The notes under the pieces were generated by a model. The model was not told where the DNA came from and ran no database searches. It was given only the letters and a program-made list of their open reading frames with translations. Of a stretch of DNA of 64,000 bases, positions 10,030 through 21,786 are shown piece by piece (the first letter of the stretch is position 1; the number at the start of each line of letters is the position of its first letter). The DNA lies in the NCBI GenBank assembly GCA_042408215.1, contig JAYFMW010000010.1, positions 111,963-175,962 on the forward strand, read 5' to 3'. This DNA is from Microcoleus sp. (GTDB lineage: Bacteria; Cyanobacteriota; Cyanobacteriia; Cyanobacteriales; Microcoleaceae). The translations under genes and the position numbers were made by a program.

Positions 10030-13000
10030 TTAACCAACTTGAGTTAGCCGCGTACCGCACTTAGCACAGAATTTCGAGCTAGTTGGATTTTTGTGGCCGC
10101 AGCTAGTACAAAACACAAAATCTTGCTGAGGTACTGTCGGCGGTTGAATTGGCGCTGGCGAAACACCGCCAGGAGGATTAATGACAGTAGTAGTAGTATA
10201 AATTCCGTCCAATTTCTGAGTGACTCCGGTTTCATTTGCTAGAGGCGAAGTTGGATTTAAACTACCAGCCCCCGGTGGCAAAAACTTGTAAGTTTCTATC
10301 ACCTCTTGAATAATCTTGACCTCTCGTTTATAAACAGGACTATCTTTTCCTCCTTCTTTATCTAATTCCGTCTCCCGCACATCAAGATATGCTGTCAATT
10401 GACCGTATAACTGTTGTTTTTGTGGCACTGTTTCCGCCCCATTCAGGATTGCAGTCACCTGTTTTTGAATCTCTTCCTTATCAGGACGACAGGCCACAAC
10501 TGCCAAAACTTGCACCGTTTCTTCCCAGCTAGAAGCAAGATCTACATTCTCTTGACCCAGCACAGTTTTTACCGTGTAGCGGATCGCTTTTTCCTTCGTA
10601 TTGCGGTTTTCTTCTGGTCGCAAAACCCGTAATGCTCGTGCTTGCACTACCAATTTTAAAATTTTCTCATCCTCTGGAAATACATCCCAAAAAGGCGCTT
10701 CTTTTTGAATATGAACTGGGATAGGAGCATCTTTGCTTTCTCCCCGTGCTTGTGCTCTTTTTGCTTGGATTGATTGGCCTTTCCAATCTTGATAAGATTG
10801 TTGCAATTCCCGCATTCCTTCAATACAGCGCAGCGAAAAACCGCCAACTTCTTGCACAAAAACAATCCGGTGGCGTTCCGCTTCTCCCAGCGGGGTAATT
10901 GCATCGCTACTACCCACCCGTTCTCGGATCAAAGGAATTAATTTGATGGCGGCTGCTTCAGTGCTGTTACGCCCACCAACCAGGGCTGCTTTGGTATTGA
11001 GTGCTGGCGTAAAGCCCGCATCTTTGCCCCTCATTATCGGCTCGGAAAGCAAAATTAGGGGTTTAGATTTATTGTAGGCGATCGCCAATTGACTGCGGAT
11101 GTCTGTTTCATCATTTTTAAACATTTTGTACAGTCCATCACAGGCTGCCAAATCTCGCTTCAAGCGACTGCTGTTAGGTGCATTATTGATGACTAACCGC
11201 GTTTTTTCATCAATAATTTCCTTGAAATCTGGATCTTGCACATCCTGCAATTGCGGCAAATCAAACAGTCGCATCACCTCATCCGCCTCCCGGTTTTGTT
11301 TCCACATCGGACTAGCTTCTGCGAGCACTTGCTTCGACAAATTGCTGCAAGTTCCGTCCATCCCCAATTCATACTTGCTTTTCGCACCTTCAGAAGCACC
11401 TGCTAATTGCTCGATCGCATCTCGGTACAAATCATTTAGCTGTTGACGGTCAAACAATTTGATACCATTAATTACCAACACATCAGCACTACTTGCTTGT
11501 TGGTCTGCTGCTTTTTGAAAGTCATCACGATTTTGGCGCAACTTTTGATTTAAGCGAGCCAAACGGCTTTCTAACTCTGTTAAATGCTCTTGCAGCCTGA
11601 CAATTACTTCCAATCCCAAGGATCTCGATTTGCGCTGAATAATTGCAATCAAACTCCCCTCTAACCCGCTGATAGCCGTAGCACAATACTTTTCCATAAT
11701 GTCTTGTTTGCTCAAACCAAACTGCTCTTGGGAGTGTCTAATATCTTCCAAACCCTTTTGGTATTGTTGCTGGAAACGAACCTCATTTGGCTCCCAAACT
11801 TTTTCGGCTTCCCGGCGAAACTTTTCCACAGCATTTTGAAAAATCTGTCGCACTGTGGTGATAAAAGCATCAGCAAATTTCGGCCCTTTGTTGCGGTCTT
11901 CAAGAATCGTATAAAACTCAGCTTCTAGGGTTTTGCGTCCTTCTTTGATAATCCGGTTGCGGTTGTCATACATTTTTTGCAAGTAATCGCCATGTAGTCG
12001 CTCGTCGGGACTCATTTCACGCAGGTGATCGTTGCGATATTCCTCAACTTTTTTCTGCAAGTAATTGACAAATTCTAGAATTTTGCCTTTTTCCGATCCG
12101 AAAATACCCAAGAATCCTTGTTGAGTGGATTGCAGTTTGTTATCTGCATTAATTTCATTACGGATACTGTTTACCCAGTTGGAAAGTTCTGCTAAATAAG
12201 ACTTATCGCCCGCAGCACTCAAATCTGTCAACATTTCCATTTCTGTCAGCCGAATCCGCTTGAGGTCACTTTGTACAACCTCCAACAAATTGGGAACTAA
12301 TACCACAGATTCGTTCAGCCACCAACTCACAAAATCCGCCGCTAGCCGATTGGATAAAGATGTGCGAATCTGGGCGATGGGAATTTCAATTGTGGACAGC
12401 CCAAAACTCATAAATTGTTTGGAATAGCCGCGGCCACCAGGGTCTGCTTGGGCCCAAGAACCTTTAATATTATCTCGGATCGATCGCTTGTGGGGAGCAA
12501 AATCTGAGGTCAAGTCCAGAAAGATATTCTGACCGATCATTTCCCGAATTTGGTCGAGGGGAAATTCAGTTTCACCGTTTTTAGTTCCGACTAAATAAGT
12601 GAAGTCAAAAGCAGGTCTTTTGTCGCGGATTTCATCGATTAAACCAGCACTATACTGCACTGAATACTCTGTACGGTAGTCGGAGAAATAGCTCAATTCC
12701 ATTAGGGCTGCGTAGCCGTTAGCTAAAACCCGATCGCCTACATTGATACCAGCAAAAGCATTAGGCATCGGCACAATGGCTGTAGTGGTAGGACTTGACT
12801 GTCCTTGTAGCCACTTGCGGACAGCATAGCCGATATCGATGAGCATCCCGCTGCCGGTACCGCCAGAAATTGAGCCGGTGATAAACACGTTTACGGAGTT
12901 ACTGTTTACCTTGACGTTATATTTGTCCAGCATAAAAGTGTCGTGACCTTTTACGCGATCGCACGCTGAATTAAATGCTTGTTTAATCTTATGATAGTTG

Positions 13001-13383
13001 TGAAAAAATGCAAATCGACCGCAGGCACGAATCTGTCCGGCTCCCGCTTCTAAAGCCGTCATATTTCGCTCTAATTCATTGGGAAACCAAGCTTCAATCC
13101 AGGGGAAGTTGTCCATGTTGGACATGATATTTTCAACTTCATTACCGCTGACTTTAGCAAAGTATTTCTCGTTGTCCTTAAATGGAGTTCCACCCGCACC
13201 AGGATTATTTAGTTTGTATTCTTTGTCTGTGTCAATTACCAGAAAACTAATAATCGGAAAATTCTTCAAACTCCCATAAGTTTCTTCTACTAAACGGCGC
13301 ACTCTTGCCAGCACTTCATTACCCGTTCCTCCTACTCCGATTAAAACAGTAGGAACCATACTTTTTTCATCAACAGTAGCCAT
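10030..13383 (-). CDS. tubulin/FtsZ-like GTPase (Tubulin_2-type) with long helical region and C-terminal zinc ribbon
   Basis: VLIGVGGTG, IDTD, GAGQIR and SISGGTGSG signature; CTSC...CAKC at the C-terminus. Confidence 0.88.
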   Translation of the reverse strand: MATVDEKSMVPTVLIGVGGTGNEVLARVRRLVEETYGSLKNFPIISFLVIDTDKEYKLNNPGAGGTPFKDNEKYFAKVSGNEVENIMSNMDNFPWIEAWFPNELERNMTALEAGAGQIRACGRFAFFHNYHKIKQAFNSACDRVKGHDTFMLDKYNVKVNSNSVNVFITGSISGGTGSGMLIDIGYAVRKWLQGQSSPTTTAIVPMPNAFAGINVGDRVLANGYAALMELSYFSDYRTEYSVQYSAGLIDEIRDKRPAFDFTYLVGTKNGETEFPLDQIREMIGQNIFLDLTSDFAPHKRSIRDNIKGSWAQADPGGRGYSKQFMSFGLSTIEIPIAQIRTSLSNRLAADFVSWWLNESVVLVPNLLEVVQSDLKRIRLTEMEMLTDLSAAGDKSYLAELSNWVNSIRNEINADNKLQSTQQGFLGIFGSEKGKILEFVNYLQKKVEEYRNDHLREMSPDERLHGDYLQKMYDNRNRIIKEGRKTLEAEFYTILEDRNKGPKFADAFITTVRQIFQNAVEKFRREAEKVWEPNEVRFQQQYQKGLEDIRHSQEQFGLSKQDIMEKYCATAISGLEGSLIAIIQRKSRSLGLEVIVRLQEHLTELESRLARLNQKLRQNRDDFQKAADQQASSADVLVINGIKLFDRQQLNDLYRDAIEQLAGASEGAKSKYELGMDGTCSNLSKQVLAEASPMWKQNREADEVMRLFDLPQLQDVQDPDFKEIIDEKTRLVINNAPNSSRLKRDLAACDGLYKMFKNDETDIRSQLAIAYNKSKPLILLSEPIMRGKDAGFTPALNTKAALVGGRNSTEAAAIKLIPLIRERVGSSDAITPLGEAERHRIVFVQEVGGFSLRCIEGMRELQQSYQDWKGQSIQAKRAQARGESKDAPIPVHIQKEAPFWDVFPEDEKILKLVVQARALRVLRPEENRNTKEKAIRYTVKTVLGQENVDLASSWEETVQVLAVVACRPDKEEIQKQVTAILNGAETVPQKQQLYGQLTAYLDVRETELDKEGGKDSPVYKREVKIIQEVIETYKFLPPGAGSLNPTSPLANETGVTQKLDGIYTTTTVINPPGGVSPAPIQPPTVPQQDFVFCTSCGHKNPTSSKFCAKCGTRLTQVG

Positions 13384-13615
13384 AAGACTCCTCCTTTTTG
13401 TTTTTAATTAACCTTGCTGTCAGCTTAATGTCAAACGTAGTACCAGCTTATTGTCTTCTTTCTACATTCCTCTCGATCCCCCCTAACCAAGAGGGCGGGC
13501 ACGGGGGCACCGCCCCTACAAGGGGGGAACCGGAGCATTCAAAGTCCCCCTTCTTAAGGGGGATTTAGGGGGATCGAGACTCGAATAAAAGCGACATTTA
13601 TCGTTGATTTGAGGC

Positions 13616-14530
13616 TTAACAACCATCACCAAAAATTGGCAAACCAACTAATTTCCAGATAATGCTAGGCGTACTTGCAGTCCAGAAAAAAGCATTTCCC
13701 AAAGCCGCCTGACCTGCTACAGTCATGTTCATCTTCATAGTGCCTTGAAACAACCACCGATCGAGCGGCATCGTCAGCGTCCACATCAAAGCAATCCAAG
13801 CAGCACCCAACCAAAAAATCACCCATTTAATGTTACTATTGAGCTTGGGAAATATTTTTTCTGTAAATGAAGTATTGAGATTAACATCGGCACCGGAAAT
13901 ATAAATTCCTCCTGTTTCTAAAGTAGCTTGTTTTAGCGGCTCGAAACTTTTACCTCCGAAGGTAATGCCATTGATTTTAACTTTTTGAGCTGCGGCTTCG
14001 CTGACACTTTGCGGGGAAAGTTCAATGCCAGCATCGCTAACAATCACAATTTCGCGACAGCTATTTGGCACGGTTTTAAAAGCATTTAATGCCTGCCGAA
14101 TAGGAACATCTAGGCTGTCTTGGGGAGGTTCTGGTTGGATAGATTTAGGCAGATTGGGGTCTTGCAAAGCTCGGACTAATTCTGCTTCTACCTTTTTGGT
14201 ATCTGAACTAAAGTTACTGGTTAATGCTGGAGCTTTGCCGCCGCCAATCCCAAAGACTTGAATTGTATTTGGGTTTGTTCCTAATTTAGAATTTACCTCT
14301 AAATAGGCTTTCACTGCGGCTACTTCTTGCTGCATAATTGTACCCGGAGCATTGAAGGCTTGCGGCTGGTAGGTGCTGCTGCTTAAATCGAGGGCGATCG
14401 CCACGGCAATATTTGGTCTACCCAACCCGAATATGCCAAACAGTGCAGCAGCAATTAAACAGAAGCACAGCACAATTAATGGTCTCTGAAATAAAGGATT
14501 TTGCCACAGCGGGCGTTGATTTCTAATCAC
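13616..14530 (-). CDS. membrane-anchored von Willebrand factor A domain protein
   Basis: MIDAS DLSSS and VSD; N- and C-terminal TM segments. Confidence 0.85.
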   Translation of the reverse strand: MIRNQRPLWQNPLFQRPLIVLCFCLIAAALFGIFGLGRPNIAVAIALDLSSSTYQPQAFNAPGTIMQQEVAAVKAYLEVNSKLGTNPNTIQVFGIGGGKAPALTSNFSSDTKKVEAELVRALQDPNLPKSIQPEPPQDSLDVPIRQALNAFKTVPNSCREIVIVSDAGIELSPQSVSEAAAQKVKINGITFGGKSFEPLKQATLETGGIYISGADVNLNTSFTEKIFPKLNSNIKWVIFWLGAAWIALMWTLTMPLDRWLFQGTMKMNMTVAGQAALGNAFFWTASTPSIIWKLVGLPIFGDGC

Positions 14531-14566
14531 CGATCGACCTATAGTAGTTTTAACTTAATTGGCAAA

Positions 14567-16186
14567 CTATTTAACAGCATCGAACTGATATTTAGACCCC
14601 GGAGGGCCGTCTTTACCTTCGACAGTTGTCACTAAGGGAATCTCTTTGAACAGGTCAAATTCCTTAGCAGTTCCCGATATCAGAGTTCCTTGGGTGAGGA
14701 ACTTGACTGTTCCCTCGCGGGTAGGATTGCTGCTGATTGCTGCTGTTAAAGCTTGGGTGGCATCGAAAGCAGTTGCAGTTCGCCAACTGACTCGTCCTTT
14801 CCACATCTCGGAGGCTTGTTTGGAAAAAGGATCGTCTTTTTCCCACCTCCAAGGAACGGCTAGCACTAAATCTTTAATTGCATCTCCTCCTTTGATTAAA
14901 GTAGTAGGATTATACAGTTCACTGCCTCCCATTAATGCTAAAGGTGGGGATGTATCTTTGTTGGCTTGGGCGATCGCGATCGCCTGTTCTACTTGGTCTT
15001 TGCTCATCGCCATAAATACCACATTTGCTCCCGCTTTGCTCGCATCAGCGACAGCAGATTTGGCATCAAAAGTTGCACCAGCTTTGATGTCAACTTCTTT
15101 GACAATTTTGCCGCTAGCTTTTGGCACTTCCAGGACTAATAGTTCCTTGAGTTGCTTGCTGTAAACGCTGTCGGAGTTGTAGAAAATTGCGATCGCGGCT
15201 GGCGAGTGAGTTTTATTAGCATAATTGGCGACTGTTTCCCCAAGTTTTTGGAGGTAAGTTTTCAGCATCTCATCGGTTTTTTCCAGCAACTTGGTTAGTT
15301 TCAAGGTCGCTTTGTTGGAAGAGTCGATAGAAACGCTGGAACTGACAGGCGAAATTGCTGCTAATCCTGCGGTTTCATAGGTTTTGATAGCATCTTGAGC
15401 ACCGCTGTCAATGCCGTGTCCCAAAACTCCCAAAACGCTGGGAGAGTTAACCAAGTCTTGGGCGATCGACACAGTTTTGCCAACTTCGTCATTAACAATT
15501 ACAATTTCTAATAATCGACCGGGAACCGTTGGACTTTTGTTGAATTGCTCTTGATATAAAGCTGCTCCTCGAAGCACTTCTTTAGCTGCATCAGCACTGG
15601 CACTGATGGGAACTACTACGGCTATTGTTAGGGGATTTCCTGTTTTTTGAGCCGTCGCATTGTTGAGGTAAATTTTAGTTTCTGGGTCGTTGGGGTCGGT
15701 TTTCGCAGCTTGTTGATACTTGGCGATCGCATCATCCCAATTTTTGCCTACAAATGCAGCAGCCCCAGCTTGTTTTTCAGCATCAGCTTTGCCGCCTGTT
15801 AGCAGAATTTTTTCCCCTTGACTAATCAGCGCGGCGTTGACTGCTTTAGAGCTGAGGAATTCACCTGATGGAGCAATAGTTGTTGTGGGACTAAAAGAAG
15901 GTGTGCCTCCACCCGTTGACCCGGAATACTCTGGCGTTTTGTCTGAAAACGCTTTGTACAAACCAAATCCGCCACCACCGACGACTAATACTCCTGCTAC
16001 AGCCATCAGAATTTTTTTGATTGGCAATTCACGTCCTGAACCCCCATTTCCTGTAGGAACCATAGCCTCTTTCGGCAAGCCGCACATCATGCAGATTGAC
16101 CCGTTGTTGTCACAGGGTGGGTGGGGGCCAGTACCGTTATATTGGTCTGGACTATTTTTGGGTTCGCCGTCGCAGCTCCAACTCAT
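14567..16186 (-). CDS. membrane-anchored branched-chain amino-acid-type (LIV) substrate-binding protein with N-terminal Cys/His motif
   Basis: N-terminal C..H..C..CxxC, a TM helix, a TPR-like segment, then IAVVVPI..EVLRGA..VLGVLGH..VSWRTATAFDA. Confidence 0.8.
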   Translation of the reverse strand: MSWSCDGEPKNSPDQYNGTGPHPPCDNNGSICMMCGLPKEAMVPTGNGGSGRELPIKKILMAVAGVLVVGGGGFGLYKAFSDKTPEYSGSTGGGTPSFSPTTTIAPSGEFLSSKAVNAALISQGEKILLTGGKADAEKQAGAAAFVGKNWDDAIAKYQQAAKTDPNDPETKIYLNNATAQKTGNPLTIAVVVPISASADAAKEVLRGAALYQEQFNKSPTVPGRLLEIVIVNDEVGKTVSIAQDLVNSPSVLGVLGHGIDSGAQDAIKTYETAGLAAISPVSSSVSIDSSNKATLKLTKLLEKTDEMLKTYLQKLGETVANYANKTHSPAAIAIFYNSDSVYSKQLKELLVLEVPKASGKIVKEVDIKAGATFDAKSAVADASKAGANVVFMAMSKDQVEQAIAIAQANKDTSPPLALMGGSELYNPTTLIKGGDAIKDLVLAVPWRWEKDDPFSKQASEMWKGRVSWRTATAFDATQALTAAISSNPTREGTVKFLTQGTLISGTAKEFDLFKEIPLVTTVEGKDGPPGSKYQFDAVK

Positions 16187-16469
16187 TTTTGCTACCTTTT
16201 TTTTACCCTTTTGGGTATTGTACAGCTTGACATCTGTCTTGAGAAAGGTTAGACGAGCAAAAATACTAAATCTTTAAAATATGCCGCAGGGAATCGCCCC
16301 TCCCCGTGAGTTATTCCCCAAGACACTGGTCAATCGATTTTAGATTTGAGATTTTAGATTGGAGAATTGACCCCACGGATGAATCCGGGGGCTTGTGACC
16401 CAATTGATGAAGGTCAACAGCGCTATCCTAGTAGTTATATTCCTCAAACCCGATCGACCCGGAGGCCCC

Positions 16470-18122
16470 GTGTTCAGCCTAGTTCAAACCACTTCTCGCC
16501 AAGGAGAAATCCTAGAGGTCGTCTTCCGCAACGGTTGGGACTACATGAAAAGCCTTCTCACCGGCAGCAAAACCGACGCACCCAGTCTCCCAACCCCAGC
16601 AGTTCTCCGCAACATCCTCGTCGAATTAGGCCCCGTTTACATCAAATTGGGCCAATTGCTCAGCACCCGTCCCGACCTTTTACCCGCCGCCTACATCGAC
16701 ACCCTCTCCTCTCTACAAGCGGATGTGCCGCCCGTACCGTGGTCAGAAGTAGAAGCAATCATCCGCAAGGAACTCAAACAGTCGATCGAAGAAACCTTCT
16801 CCAAACTTAATCCTAAAGCAGTCGCCGCCGGCTCGATCGCCCAAACCCACAAAGCCACACTAAAAGACGGCCGCCAAGTCGCCCTCAAAGTTCAGCGTCC
16901 AGGTATTGATATCATCATCGAACAAGATATCGCCGTCCTCAAAGGTTTAGCAGAACTCGTCAGCCTCACAGACTTCGGTCAACAATACGATATCATCGCC
17001 CTAGCAGAAGAATTTGGCACAGCATTAAGAGCAGAACTCGACTTCATTCAAGAAGCCACATACACCGACGAATTGCGGCGCGACTTATCAACAAGCCGCT
17101 GGTTCGATGCCAAACAAATCGTAGTCCCAGAAATTCACTGGAACCTGACTACAAAAAAACTCATGGTAATGGAATGGCTCAACGGCATACCCATTCTATT
17201 AGGAGATTTGCAAGGCACTGCTTACCAAGGAAATATAGAAGCAGAACGTCAAGCAGTCAGCACACTTCTTTGTCGAGTATTCTTTCAGCAGTTTTTCATC
17301 ACCGGCTTCTTTCACGCCGACCCCCATCCAGGCAATATATTTTATCTCAATGACGGTCGCTTAGCCCTATTAGACTGCGGTCTAGTCGGTCGCCTCGACC
17401 CGCGCACTCAGCAAAATTTGACAGAATTACTATTAGCAATTGTCGATTTAGACGCTCAGCGGTGCAGTCAGTTAACCGTACAAATGGCAGAATCTGCCCA
17501 GCCAGACAGTCTATCTCAGCTAGAAAATGATTACTCGCGACTACTCCGCAAATATTACAATTTGAGCTTGTCACAAATCAATTTTTCGGAAGTGTTTTAC
17601 GAGATTCTGCAAGTATCCCGCGAGAATAAAATCAGACTGCCGAGCAATTTGGGTCTATTTACCAAAACGATGGCTAATTTAGAAGGAGTAGCCCGCGCTT
17701 TCAACCCCAGACTGAACATTTTAGATCAGATTAAACCTTTAATGACTGATTTGTTTCGGCGTCAGTTATTGGGAGATGATCCGCTGCAAGCTTTGTTGAG
17801 AACAGCCCTAGATATTAAAAGTCTGTCTTTGCAATCTCCCCGGCAATTAGAAGTGCTGTTAGACAGAGTTACTTCGGAAACTTTGAAATGGAATTTAACT
17901 CTCAAAGACCTCGATCCGCTGCGTCGCAGTTTGGATGATTCTGCGAACCGACTTTCTTTTAGTATTGTAGTTGGTTCCCTGATTGTGGGAGCGGCAATTG
18001 TTTCTGCTAATGCTCAAACTGCTCAGTTATCTTTTTTGAGCAATAGTTTGTTTGCAGCTGCGAGTTTTTTGGGTTTGTGGTTAATTATTAGTATTCTCAG
18101 GTCAGGGCGTTTGCGGGGATGA
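16470..18122 (+). CDS. ABC1/AarF/UbiB family kinase
   Basis: LGPVYIKLGQLLSTRPD, AAGSIAQ.H, KVQRP, HADPHPGN. Start taken at in-frame GTG 16470, after GGAGG. Confidence 0.92.
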   Translation: MFSLVQTTSRQGEILEVVFRNGWDYMKSLLTGSKTDAPSLPTPAVLRNILVELGPVYIKLGQLLSTRPDLLPAAYIDTLSSLQADVPPVPWSEVEAIIRKELKQSIEETFSKLNPKAVAAGSIAQTHKATLKDGRQVALKVQRPGIDIIIEQDIAVLKGLAELVSLTDFGQQYDIIALAEEFGTALRAELDFIQEATYTDELRRDLSTSRWFDAKQIVVPEIHWNLTTKKLMVMEWLNGIPILLGDLQGTAYQGNIEAERQAVSTLLCRVFFQQFFITGFFHADPHPGNIFYLNDGRLALLDCGLVGRLDPRTQQNLTELLLAIVDLDAQRCSQLTVQMAESAQPDSLSQLENDYSRLLRKYYNLSLSQINFSEVFYEILQVSRENKIRLPSNLGLFTKTMANLEGVARAFNPRLNILDQIKPLMTDLFRRQLLGDDPLQALLRTALDIKSLSLQSPRQLEVLLDRVTSETLKWNLTLKDLDPLRRSLDDSANRLSFSIVVGSLIVGAAIVSANAQTAQLSFLSNSLFAAASFLGLWLIISILRSGRLRG

Positions 18123-18227
18123 ATGGCACAAGATTAGTATATGTTCAGTCCTGGACGCATTTGAACGTAATTCTGTCATTCTGAGTGAAACGAAGAATCT
18201 CAAAGCTTTGCAACAGCGTCTAGAGTG

Positions 18228-18309
18228 CGTAAATCCTGTGTGTTGTGGAACAGGCATCTTGCCTGTTCCGTAAATCCTGTGTGTTGTGGAACAGGCATCT
18301 TGCCTGTTC
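18228..18309. repeat. exact 41-bp tandem duplication containing GGAACAGGCATCTTGCCTGTTC hairpin
   Basis: Units at 18228-18268 and 18269-18309. Confidence 0.9.
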
Positions 18310-18474
18310 CTAAGAATGCTGCAAGATGTAATATCAAATCCGGTAGCATCGGAATTATTCATCTCTCTCTTCTCTCCCTCTGCGCCCTCTGCGCCCTCTG
18401 CGGTTAAATCATTCCGATGCAACCGGAAACGATATAACATATAGCCAAGTGCAACAAGCGAACAAATATAGCCT

Positions 18475-21400
18475 ATGTCACAGCATAATTATTCTCTCCC
18501 AAAGTCAGCAATTAGAGACAACCGCCACCGCGAAACTGTGGGCGATTTTTTGAAAGCCAAGGTTGAGGAAAACTCAACCTTGTCAATTGTTTCTGCTTAC
18601 TTTACAATTTATGCATTTGATGCCTTGAAGGAACAACTTCTAGGCATTAAAAACTTGAAATTCCTGTTTGGCGAACCGCGCTTCATCAAGTCCCTTGACC
18701 CCAGTAAAACCGATAAAAAGGCATTCCAAATTGAGGATGAGGGCTTGCAGCTACAGAATCGGTTGCAGCAAAAACGGGTTGCGAAAGAATGTGCAGAATG
18801 GATTGAGAAAAAAGTGCAGATACGGTCGGTCAAGCAATCTAATTTACTGCACGGCAAAATGTATCACATTGCTCATAACGGAAGCGAAAATGCTATTATG
18901 GGCAGTTCTAATTTTACCATGCGGGGACTGGGATTAGGCAGGAAAAACAACAATATTGAACTCAATTTAGAAGTAGATAGTAAACGAGATAGCCACGACA
19001 TTAAAGCCTGGTTTGATGAACTCTGGAATGATGCCGAACTGGTCGAAGATGTCAAACAAGACGTGCTCCTGTACCTAGAGCAACTTTACCAGAATAATTC
19101 TCCTGAATTTATCTACTACAAAACTCTGTTTCATATCTTCGAGACTTTTCTAGATGACCTAGAAAAAAGCGATATTCTCAGCGAACAGCTACACCTATTT
19201 GATACAGAAATCTGGAAATCTCTATTTGAATTTCAAAAAGACGGAGTTAAGGCCGCTATCAATAAAATCCGACGATATAACGGGTGTATTATTGCTGACA
19301 GCGTTGGTTTAGGTAAAACATTTGAAGCTCTAGCGGTGATTAAATATTTTGAACTTCGCAATCAAAAAGTTTTGGTTCTTTGTCCCAAAAAACTCCGCGA
19401 GAATTGGACTGTATATCTAGCACAGAACAATAGCGAACTGAATCCTTTTCTTAAAGACGGCTTTAACTATGCAGTCCTATCTCACACCGACTTGAGTCGT
19501 GACTCTGGTTACTCTGGGGACATTAATTTAGCAACGATTAAGTGGGGAAACTATGACTTGGTAGTTATTGACGAATCCCACAATTTCCGCAACAACATCA
19601 AGAGTAAACGGGACGAATTTGGCAATCTAATTAGAAAGAGTCGTTACGAAAGGCTGATGGATGATATTATCAAGAGCGGTGTCAAAACTCAGGTGCTACT
19701 CTTATCAGCAACTCCGGTTAACAATGATTTAAAGGATTTGCGGAATCAACTTTATTTTATCACAGAAGGTCGCGATGCTGCGTTTAGCGAATCGCTGGGA
19801 ATTGCTAGTCTGCGCGATACACTAGCTGATGCTCAGCGGAAATTTACCAAGTGGGCTAAGAAAAGTCGCGATCGCAAAACTAGCGAACTCCTGGAAGAAC
19901 TAAGTTCTGCTTTCTTCAAACTGCTTGACCAATTGACGATCGCCCGATCGCGCAAGCACATTCAAAAATACTATAAAGATGCGATCGCCCAATTAGGCGG
20001 CTTTCCAGAACGGCTCAAACCCATCTCCGTATTTCCTGACATTGACCTAGAGGGTGAGTTCATGTCCTACGAACAGCTTAACAGCGAAATTTCTAAATAT
20101 CAACTCTCGCTATTCAACCCTTCAAAATATGTCCTGTCGCCATACCGTTCAGTGTATGAAAATAAAACAGGGCGAAATTTCAGACAGAGCGATCGCGAAC
20201 GGTGTTTAATTGGTATGATGAAAGTCAATTTCCTGAAACGCTTAGAAAGCTCCATTCGTTCCTTTTCGCTGACAATGGAACGCACAATTAACAAAATTGA
20301 ATATCTAGAGAAAAAAATTCAAAACTTTCAGCAATTTCAGCAATCTCGCGAGGCTAACCAGACAGTTATTTTCAGCGATTTAATGATTGAAGACTTCGAC
20401 GATGAAGAGTTGCAAGATGCCATGCAAGTAGGTCAAGAGCTGATATTTCAAATGGCGCACCTCGATGTCAAAACGTGGTTAAAAGACCTGAAATGCGACA
20501 AGGAACAGCTTAAAAAAATTTACAATTATGCCCAAAGCATTTCTGTTGAACGGGATGCCAAGTTAGCTGAGTTAAAAGCACTAATCGCCGAGAAAGTCAA
20601 GCATCCTACGACTAACAAGCATGGCCAACCAAATCGCAAGGTTTTAGTCTTTACTGCCTTTGCAGATACGGCAGTTTATCTCTACGAAGGATTGCGGGAA
20701 TGGGCAACATTAGAATTGAAAATTAACCTAGCTTTGGTGACTGGTGGTTCGGCGAAAAATAAGACTACCTTTGGCAAAAATGAGTTCAATCGCGTCCTGA
20801 CAAATTTTTCGCCTTTCGCCAAGAAACGCGCTCAAATTCCATCTATGCCACAAGACGGCGAGATTGACCTATTAATTGCCACAGATTGTATTTCAGAAGG
20901 GCAAAATTTACAAGATTGCGATTATCTGATTAACTACGACATACACTGGAACCCAGTCCGAATTATTCAGCGGTTCGGTAGGTGCGATCGCATTGGCAGC
21001 CCCAACCATACCGTACAATTAATCAATTTTTGGCCGACAGAGGACTTGGATCGGTACATCAATCTGAAAAATCGAGTAGAAGCACGGATGGCATTAGCGG
21101 ATATTGCTGGTACATTTGAAGATAACCTGCTGGAGGCTCTTGAGATTCAAGAATTGATTGAGAGTGATTTGAAATACCGCGACAAGCAGTTGCTGCGATT
21201 GAAAGACGAGGTGCTGGATATCGAAGATTTCACCGAAAGTGTCGCCCTAACGGAATTCAGTCTCGATGATTTCCGAATGGAACTAGCCAAATACATTGAG
21301 AGCAACCGCAAACTACTCCAAGATGCTCCTTTAGGACTCTATGCAATAGTTCCAACTAACTCGGAGTACCCGATCATTGCTCCCGGCGTAAATTTTTGCC

Positions 21401-21786
21401 TCAAACAGAAAGGCGATTCTCTTGATAATAAAACTGTCAATCTGCTGCAACCATATTTTGTAGTTTACGTGGGAGAAAATCAGGAAGTGCGATTAAATTT
21501 TGCTCAACCCAAACAAATACTTGAAATATACCAGTTGCTGTGCGCGGGATGTACTGTTCCCTATGAAGAGTTGTGCAACTTGTTCGATCGAGAAACTAAT
21601 AATGGATTTGATATGAATTTGTATAACGATTTGCTTAAGCGGGCGGTTGATTCAATTGCAGGTATTTACAACAAGCGGCTCATCGACAATCTGCTGTCTA
21701 GCCGCCGTGCTGTGTTGGTTGAACAAGCGCATCAGGTTAAAGCAACAACGGATTTTGAACTGATTACTTGGTTGGTGATTAAATGA
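18475..21786 (+). CDS. PLD-like nuclease domain + SNF2-type (SF2) helicase
   Basis: HGKMY..GSSNFT..NIELN (HKD-variant PLD); [33 protein letters not shown]. Confidence 0.9.
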   Translation: MSQHNYSLPKSAIRDNRHRETVGDFLKAKVEENSTLSIVSAYFTIYAFDALKEQLLGIKNLKFLFGEPRFIKSLDPSKTDKKAFQIEDEGLQLQNRLQQKRVAKECAEWIEKKVQIRSVKQSNLLHGKMYHIAHNGSENAIMGSSNFTMRGLGLGRKNNNIELNLEVDSKRDSHDIKAWFDELWNDAELVEDVKQDVLLYLEQLYQNNSPEFIYYKTLFHIFETFLDDLEKSDILSEQLHLFDTEIWKSLFEFQKDGVKAAINKIRRYNGCIIADSVGLGKTFEALAVIKYFELRNQKVLVLCPKKLRENWTVYLAQNNSELNPFLKDGFNYAVLSHTDLSRDSGYSGDINLATIKWGNYDLVVIDESHNFRNNIKSKRDEFGNLIRKSRYERLMDDIIKSGVKTQVLLLSATPVNNDLKDLRNQLYFITEGRDAAFSESLGIASLRDTLADAQRKFTKWAKKSRDRKTSELLEELSSAFFKLLDQLTIARSRKHIQKYYKDAIAQLGGFPERLKPISVFPDIDLEGEFMSYEQLNSEISKYQLSLFNPSKYVLSPYRSVYENKTGRNFRQSDRERCLIGMMKVNFLKRLESSIRSFSLTMERTINKIEYLEKKIQNFQQFQQSREANQTVIFSDLMIEDFDDEELQDAMQVGQELIFQMAHLDVKTWLKDLKCDKEQLKKIYNYAQSISVERDAKLAELKALIAEKVKHPTTNKHGQPNRKVLVFTAFADTAVYLYEGLREWATLELKINLALVTGGSAKNKTTFGKNEFNRVLTNFSPFAKKRAQIPSMPQDGEIDLLIATDCISEGQNLQDCDYLINYDIHWNPVRIIQRFGRCDRIGSPNHTVQLINFWPTEDLDRYINLKNRVEARMALADIAGTFEDNLLEALEIQELIESDLKYRDKQLLRLKDEVLDIEDFTESVALTEFSLDDFRMELAKYIESNRKLLQDAPLGLYAIVPTNSEYPIIAPGVNFCLKQKGDSLDNKTVNLLQPYFVVYVGENQEVRLNFAQPKQILEIYQLLCAGCTVPYEELCNLFDRETNNGFDMNLYNDLLKRAVDSIAGIYNKRLIDNLLSSRRAVLVEQAHQVKATTDFELITWLVIK

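Noticed and set aside
16395..16469. N-terminal extension of the ABC1 kinase
   Set aside because: It begins in a GATTTTA/ATCCGGGGGCTTG repeat also seen at ~58221-58280; GTG 16470 has a good RBS.
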